NCBI GenBank assembly: GCA_964398525.1
Contig: CAYNMS010000001.1
Span: 6,569-70,568, forward strand
Length of the DNA stretch: 64,000 bases
Direction: 5' to 3'
From: an uncultured Pseudomonadales bacterium
GTDB taxonomy: Bacteria > Patescibacteriota > Microgenomatia > UBA1400 > CAYNFZ01
Shown piece by piece: positions 60,384 through 64,000 of the stretch. Each line of letters begins with the position of its first letter. The first letter of the stretch is position 1. The translations under genes were made by a program, and so were the position numbers. The notes beneath the pieces were generated by a model, which made no database searches, had not been told where the DNA came from, and worked only from the letters and a program-made list of their open reading frames with translations.

Positions 60384-60456
60384 CGCGGGGTAGTGTACGG
60401 TAGCACGTGAGGCTCATAATCTCACAGACCAGGTTCAACTCCTGGCCCCGCAACCA
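60384..60456 (+). tRNA. tRNA-Met (anticodon CAT), initiator-like
   Basis: CGCGGGG...CCCCGCAACCA, the same ends as E. coli tRNA-fMet, with an unpaired C1 x A72 (the bacterial initiator hallmark). Anticodon loop CTCATAA. CCA encoded. The anticodon stem lacks the three consecutive G-C pairs of canonical initiators. Confidence 0.8.
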
Positions 60457-60463
60457 AGAAAAG

Positions 60464-60488
60464 ACCGACCTTCATAGTCGGTTTTTTT
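60464..60488 (+). terminator. rho-independent terminator after tRNA(CAT) no. 1 (ACCGAC-loop-GTCGGT + T7)
   Basis: 6-bp stem followed by TTTTTTT on +. Confidence 0.5.
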
Positions 60489-60599
60489 GCTTCTAAATCT
60501 ATCTCCTCGAATTTTTGCCTGCTTTAGCATCTGTTAAAATATCAACTACTAAAGCTCAAGTTGTGCTCATGTTGACTTGCCAAACAAAGCTTTAGTCAA

Positions 60600-60671
60600 G
60601 GCAGGGTAGCTCAATGGCGGAGCAGAGTCTTCATAAGGCTAAGGTTGTGGGTTCGAATCCCACCCCTGCTA
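60600..60671 (+). tRNA. tRNA with CAT anticodon (elongator tRNA-Met, or tRNA-Ile2 if lysidinylated)
   Basis: GGCAGGGTAGCTCAATGGCGGAGCAGAGTCTTCATAAGGCTAAGGTTGTGGGTTCGAATCCCACCCCTGCTA. Cloverleaf with loop TTCATAA, G1-U72 pair, 27-43 mismatch. No CCA encoded. Confidence 0.75.
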
Positions 60672-60677
60672 CAGTCT

Positions 60678-61067
60678 TCACCAAAACAACTCCACCCACT
60701 GGACCCACACCGGTTTTTCTTCCTCCACCTCTGGCTTTTCTATTCCCTGGTCAGCCACCATCACCTTTTCAATCAGTTCATCCGGTATCACCACCACCGC
60801 CTCTCCAGGCTTAACCAATCCTAGTTCCTCACGAATATACACTTCATCCGCACCCGGACTCTCTACTTTCCTTTTCTCTTCCTCCAAAGCCTCTTTTTCC
60901 TCAATCAACTTCACCACTTCCGCCTCTTCTTTTTCCACTCTCCCACCTACACTCAACAATTCCACCAGGTTTCCTAGAAGCGAAATGGTGAACATCAACC
61001 AAATACCCACAATCATCATTGCCCCGATCTTCTTTCTTGTAGTAAAATTGTTTGCACTTAAACTCAT
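60678..61067 (-). CDS. FtsB/DivIC-like septum-formation protein (N-terminal TM + coiled coil), tentative
   Basis: One TM (IGAMMIVGIWLMFTISLLG), then a Glu/Lys-rich heptad region (EKEEAEVVKLIEEKEALEEEKRK) and PGE... as in DivIC/FtsB. Size and architecture only. Confidence 0.35.
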   Translation of the reverse strand: MSLSANNFTTRKKIGAMMIVGIWLMFTISLLGNLVELLSVGGRVEKEEAEVVKLIEEKEALEEEKRKVESPGADEVYIREELGLVKPGEAVVVIPDELIEKVMVADQGIEKPEVEEEKPVWVQWVELFW

Positions 61068-61164
61068 AATATGTTATTATAAGCCTATTCTTTTGGCCTG
61101 GTTCTTGCCCCCCGACCACTAAGTCCGGCTTTGCTGCCATCATTATTAACTAGACTTAATTGTA

Positions 61165-62046
61165 ATGGAAAACCCCGATTCCGCCACTTCTCTTTCTGCC
61201 ACTCACCAACAATTCATCAAAAATCTCCGTGACAAAGGCCGAGCCAATGCCACCATTCTTGCCTATGGCAAAGATATTGACCAGCTAATTGAATTCGCCG
61301 CTCTCCAAAAAATCACCGCCCCTCAAGCTATTACCCCCAACTTAATTGAACAATTCAAAGCCCACCTCGAAGCAGAAGGCTACACTCCTAAATCTATCTC
61401 CAGAAAAATCAACTCTATCAAGTCGTATTTTCGTTTTCTCCGTTCCCAAAAACTAATCCAAGACAATCCAGCCAACGACATCTCTCATCCCAAAGTCGAA
61501 CTTACCCCACCCAGAATTCTCACCAAACTCGAATACCGCGCCCTTCGCGATGCTTGTCGTCGTGACGAACGCGTCAGCGCCATTGTCGAACTCCTGCTCC
61601 AAACCGGTATTCGTATTAGTGAGTTGGCCGGCCTTAATCTGGAAGATGTCGACGCTACCAATAAAAAGATCCACATCCGCTCCGAAGCCGATCATGAAGC
61701 TCGTTCCATTCCTCTCAATCAGCCTGCAGCCAAAGCCCTAGAGGAATACCTAAAGTATCGACCCAAAACCAATGCCAAAACCCTCTTTGTTACCAAAACC
61801 GGCCGACCATTCCTTATCAGAAACATTCGTGCTGCCATTGATCGCTACTTCCGTCTTGCCGGCATCACCAATGCCAAAGTCAACGACTTAAGACACACCT
61901 TCATCGCCGAGCAATTAGCCGCCGGCACCCCCCTAGTCTATGTCAGCAAACTTGTCGGCCACAAACGCCTGACCACTACCGAAAAATATCTCAAATTCCT
62001 CGATAACCGCATGGAGAAAAACGAAGTTCGCCTCCAGGAACTCTAA
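61165..62046 (+). CDS. tyrosine site-specific recombinase (XerC/XerD-like integrase)
   Basis: N-terminal SAM-like core-binding domain. Catalytic R (GIRISEL), H-x-x-R (DLRHTFIAEQL), second His (LVGHKRL) and nucleophile Tyr (TTEKYLKF). 293 aa. Codon usage is host-like. Confidence 0.85.
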   Translation: MENPDSATSLSATHQQFIKNLRDKGRANATILAYGKDIDQLIEFAALQKITAPQAITPNLIEQFKAHLEAEGYTPKSISRKINSIKSYFRFLRSQKLIQDNPANDISHPKVELTPPRILTKLEYRALRDACRRDERVSAIVELLLQTGIRISELAGLNLEDVDATNKKIHIRSEADHEARSIPLNQPAAKALEEYLKYRPKTNAKTLFVTKTGRPFLIRNIRAAIDRYFRLAGITNAKVNDLRHTFIAEQLAAGTPLVYVSKLVGHKRLTTTEKYLKFLDNRMEKNEVRLQEL

Positions 62047-62432
62047 TGCCCGAACTCCCATTTGAGTCTGGGGGTCGAATTTGCCCCTTCACTTCTCACG
62101 ATCCAGACGGCAATCCTGACTTTTGTCGCAGAAAAAGCTGTCTCTTAAACAATATTCCCGACTGTGTTTTAGAAAGTTTAAAAATATCTGCCGAAGCCTA
62201 CTCAATTGATCAATTAGAAAATGAAGAAGAACAAGCTTCTCGAACATCTGATGTTCCCCCATTTCTCATCTCCCTCAGATTAGGAAGAGAACTTTTTGAG
62301 ATTCAACAAGAAATCGACAATACCACTAGACAACTAAGAATTAATCGTGATCAGTTTATCTCAAGCCTTCCTCAACAGCTTAGACCTCTCACCTATTCAC
62401 ACCCCAAATCATCAGAAGAAAGAACAGCTTAG
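62046..62432 (+). CDS. hypothetical protein with N-terminal Cys cluster, translationally coupled to the recombinase (TAATG overlap)
   Basis: C-x..C...C..C in the first 40 aa. The 3' two-thirds (after ~62160) are AT-rich and lose the host's C-over-G bias. Confidence 0.3.
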   Translation: MPELPFESGGRICPFTSHDPDGNPDFCRRKSCLLNNIPDCVLESLKISAEAYSIDQLENEEEQASRTSDVPPFLISLRLGRELFEIQQEIDNTTRQLRINRDQFISSLPQQLRPLTYSHPKSSEERTA

Positions 62433-62680
62433 TGTGCCGATTTCTTCTTCCTTAGTTTCACTCCTTCAAACACCTGCTCTTCCCCAGTTTCTTCATCTAC
62501 AATCTTGATAGTATAAGTTCTTCCCTCATCCTTTTCCTCTAACTTGTCTTGGCTATAAAAAAACTCATCCCAAAACGCCGCCTCGTAATCATCGTCTTGA
62601 AACATTTCACTCGTGTCTTCATCAAAATCAAAGTCATCTGAAAATTTCTTACTCATATTCCTCCTTGAGTATTTCCCCAA
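62429..62680 (-). CDS. small highly acidic protein (83 aa; D/E/F-rich)
   Basis: MGKYSRRNMSKKFSDDFDFDEDTSEMFQDDDYEAAFWDEFFYSQDKLEEKDEG... has a net negative charge of about -15. Convergent with the preceding ORF. Confidence 0.4.
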   Translation of the reverse strand: MGKYSRRNMSKKFSDDFDFDEDTSEMFQDDDYEAAFWDEFFYSQDKLEEKDEGRTYTIKIVDEETGEEQVFEGVKLRKKKSAH

Positions 62681-62778
62681 AAGCAGATGCTATAATAACA
62701 CCTCCCTCGAGTAAATACTACTACCACAGACTATAGCTCTTTTTCCCTTTTGTTCCCAGTACGCTAAAATACCCATAC

Positions 62779-62802
62779 GGGAGTGTAGCTCAGTGGTAGA
62801 AC
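62779..62802 (+). other. 5' tRNA fragment (acceptor 5' strand + D-arm: GGGAGTGTAGCTCAGTGGTAGAAC)
   Basis: Matches the canonical tRNA 5' third, but no anticodon arm follows. Its acceptor strand is complementary to the 3' fragment at 62963..62992. Confidence 0.5.
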
Positions 62803-62825
62803 CTTAAATAATTCCGCGAGTACTT

Positions 62826-62898
62826 GCGCGAGTAGCTCAATTGGCAGAGCTGTCGTCTTATACACGACTGGTTCCAGGTTCAAGTCCTGGCTCGCGCA
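62826..62898 (+). tRNA. tRNA-Ile (anticodon TAT; UAU decoding AUA)
   Basis: GCGCGAGTAGCTCAATTGGCAGAGCTGTCGTCTTATACACGACTGGTTCCAGGTTCAAGTCCTGGCTCGCGCA. All four stems are perfect (acceptor 7/7, D 4/4, anticodon 5/5, T 5/5). T-loop TTCAAGT. Anticodon loop CTTATAC. Confidence 0.8.
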
Positions 62899-62962
62899 CC
62901 TTTTAAAACGTCTTTTTCTCGCCTGGACCATCCAGGCAGAACAAGCCTAGCTTTTACACGTC

Positions 62963-62992
62963 CGGCCGGAGGTTCGAATCCTCCCGCTCCCA
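62963..62992 (+). other. 3' tRNA fragment (variable region + T-arm GGAGG-TTCGAAT-CCTCC + acceptor 3' strand CGCTCCC + A)
   Basis: Canonical T-arm. Its acceptor 3' strand pairs 7/7 (one G-U) with GGGAGTG of the 5' fragment at 62779. Together they would make a tRNA lacking only the anticodon arm. Confidence 0.5.
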
Positions 62993-63078
62993 CCTCTCTA
63001 AACTAGATAGTTAGTCTCAATCAAGTAATTAATTTGCTTTGTCTATCTCCTGTCACTAGACTGAAATATTCCCGATTG

Positions 63079-63618
63079 ATGAAAGAAACAATTGACTCCG
63101 TCACTCCTGATGATGCCATAGCCGATGCCTTAATATTTGGATATGCTGGTCTAATTCTTAAACAAGCTCATCATTTTCAAGAATCTCAACAAATCTCTTT
63201 GTCAACTATTGCAGCAGAATGTACAGTCCACGAGTGCGTTCCTGCATCAGCCAGAGCACTTGCTTATTTATTCACTCGACACTCCTCACTTTTCAAACGC
63301 TACTTTCTTCTTCATTCAGTTAATGCATTAAAAGGAACTCAACATCTCTGTTACAGCCTTGATCATCTTAAACATCAACTCCAAACCCAGCCACGCTCTC
63401 ACCCCCTAGTTTCCTATCCTGCCTATCAATATCCTGACTCCAACCAACACATGCTCTTTGTAGTCCTTGACAATAACAACCATTTTCATTGGGGATCTCC
63501 TGCCAATTCAGAAGTCAACGATCATCATACGCAACTATCCAAAATAATAACTTCACACAATGCTCCTGACATACCAACTTTAATTACTCAAGTTACCTCA
63601 TACGAAGGTGGTCTTTGA
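63079..63618 (+). CDS. hypothetical His-rich protein (180 aa) with atypical base composition
   Basis: ORF from the ATG at 63079. G is about equal to C on the + strand here, unlike the host pattern where C greatly exceeds G. No motif recognised. Confidence 0.4.
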   Translation: MKETIDSVTPDDAIADALIFGYAGLILKQAHHFQESQQISLSTIAAECTVHECVPASARALAYLFTRHSSLFKRYFLLHSVNALKGTQHLCYSLDHLKHQLQTQPRSHPLVSYPAYQYPDSNQHMLFVVLDNNNHFHWGSPANSEVNDHHTQLSKIITSHNAPDIPTLITQVTSYEGGL

Positions 63619-64000
63619 CCATCAGCCAGTTATCTTGAGTATCTTTTTACAAACCAACTTATCCCCACCCATCCATTTTTTAGTAACGATAAGCCAGGTT
63701 GGGAAATTACCAAATCCACTCACACTTCACTTCAAGATTACAATCAATATTACCATCATTTTGGCATCTGCCCTCCCATGATTGTCCACTTAACAACTCC
63801 TGACTCCAATCAAGCCTTCGTTTCCCACACTCGATTAACCTTCAACTTCTCTGCTGCATAGTTTTCAAAACTTTTTCAATATTTAATCAATCTGTTATCA
63901 AGCTAAAAAAAACTACTCTCATACTTTTTTCAGTCGCTTTCCTTTTCATCTTAGATTAATCCCACCACTCCCCCAACTTTATTTTCGCCAGTTGCCAACA

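Noticed and set aside
60574-60599. Promoter for the second CAT tRNA (TTGACT...AGTCAA inverted hexamers)
   Set aside because: The -35-like TTGACT is present, but no acceptable -10 hexamer sits at 16-18 nt. The inverted-repeat appearance may be coincidental. Left uncalled.

Overview
This 64-kb window reads like a bacterial chromosome segment (~45% GC by eye) from a small, gene-dense genome. The + strand is strikingly G-poor and C-rich along almost the whole window, whichever strand a gene is on, and about 80% of genes are on the minus strand. The window holds a dispersed rRNA locus, all on the minus strand: 16S (19541..21044), then about 6.7 kb of protein genes, tRNA-Ile(GAT) (12720..12793), another 8 kb of protein genes, and tRNA-Ala(TGC) with 23S (4328..4400, 1130..4050). 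There is no 5S downstream of the 23S.

Recognisable genes:
- DNA metabolism: ruvC, ruvA and ruvB (interrupted by opposite-strand genes), ogt, recF, fpg/mutM next to a NUDIX hydrolase, a 5'-3' exonuclease, an ATP-dependent DNA ligase, a Fic protein, and a tyrosine recombinase.
- Translation: mnmA, pth, trpS, and a stand-alone trpB.
- Redox and stress: trxA, trxB, a DsbA-like oxidoreductase, a CsoR/RcnR-like regulator, glutamate dehydrogenase, and a CsbD-like protein.
- Envelope and transport: lgt, ftsH, a Ca2+ P-type ATPase with a CaCA exchanger, a KcsA-like channel, two MFS transporters, and several glycosyltransferases including a TreT-like trehalose synthase.
- Other: enolase, NAD(P)HX dehydratase, ThpR, and a RimK-like ATP-grasp::retropepsin fusion beside a stand-alone retropepsin-like paralog.

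Three observations are most worth a second look. First, a 21-codon leader ORF carrying three Trp codons (MLNKLLSRDWWQMYLLWRGQV), with a strong SD and an intrinsic terminator, sits between a TrpR/YerC-like gene and trpB-trpS. Second, a canonical tRNA-Ile(UAU) gene is nested between the two complementary halves of a split tRNA-like sequence, next to a tyrosine recombinase and compositionally atypical ORFs. Third, a (TTACTAC)x7 heptanucleotide repeat lies in the ruvB 5' region. All calls rest on by-eye motif recognition; no database search was possible.
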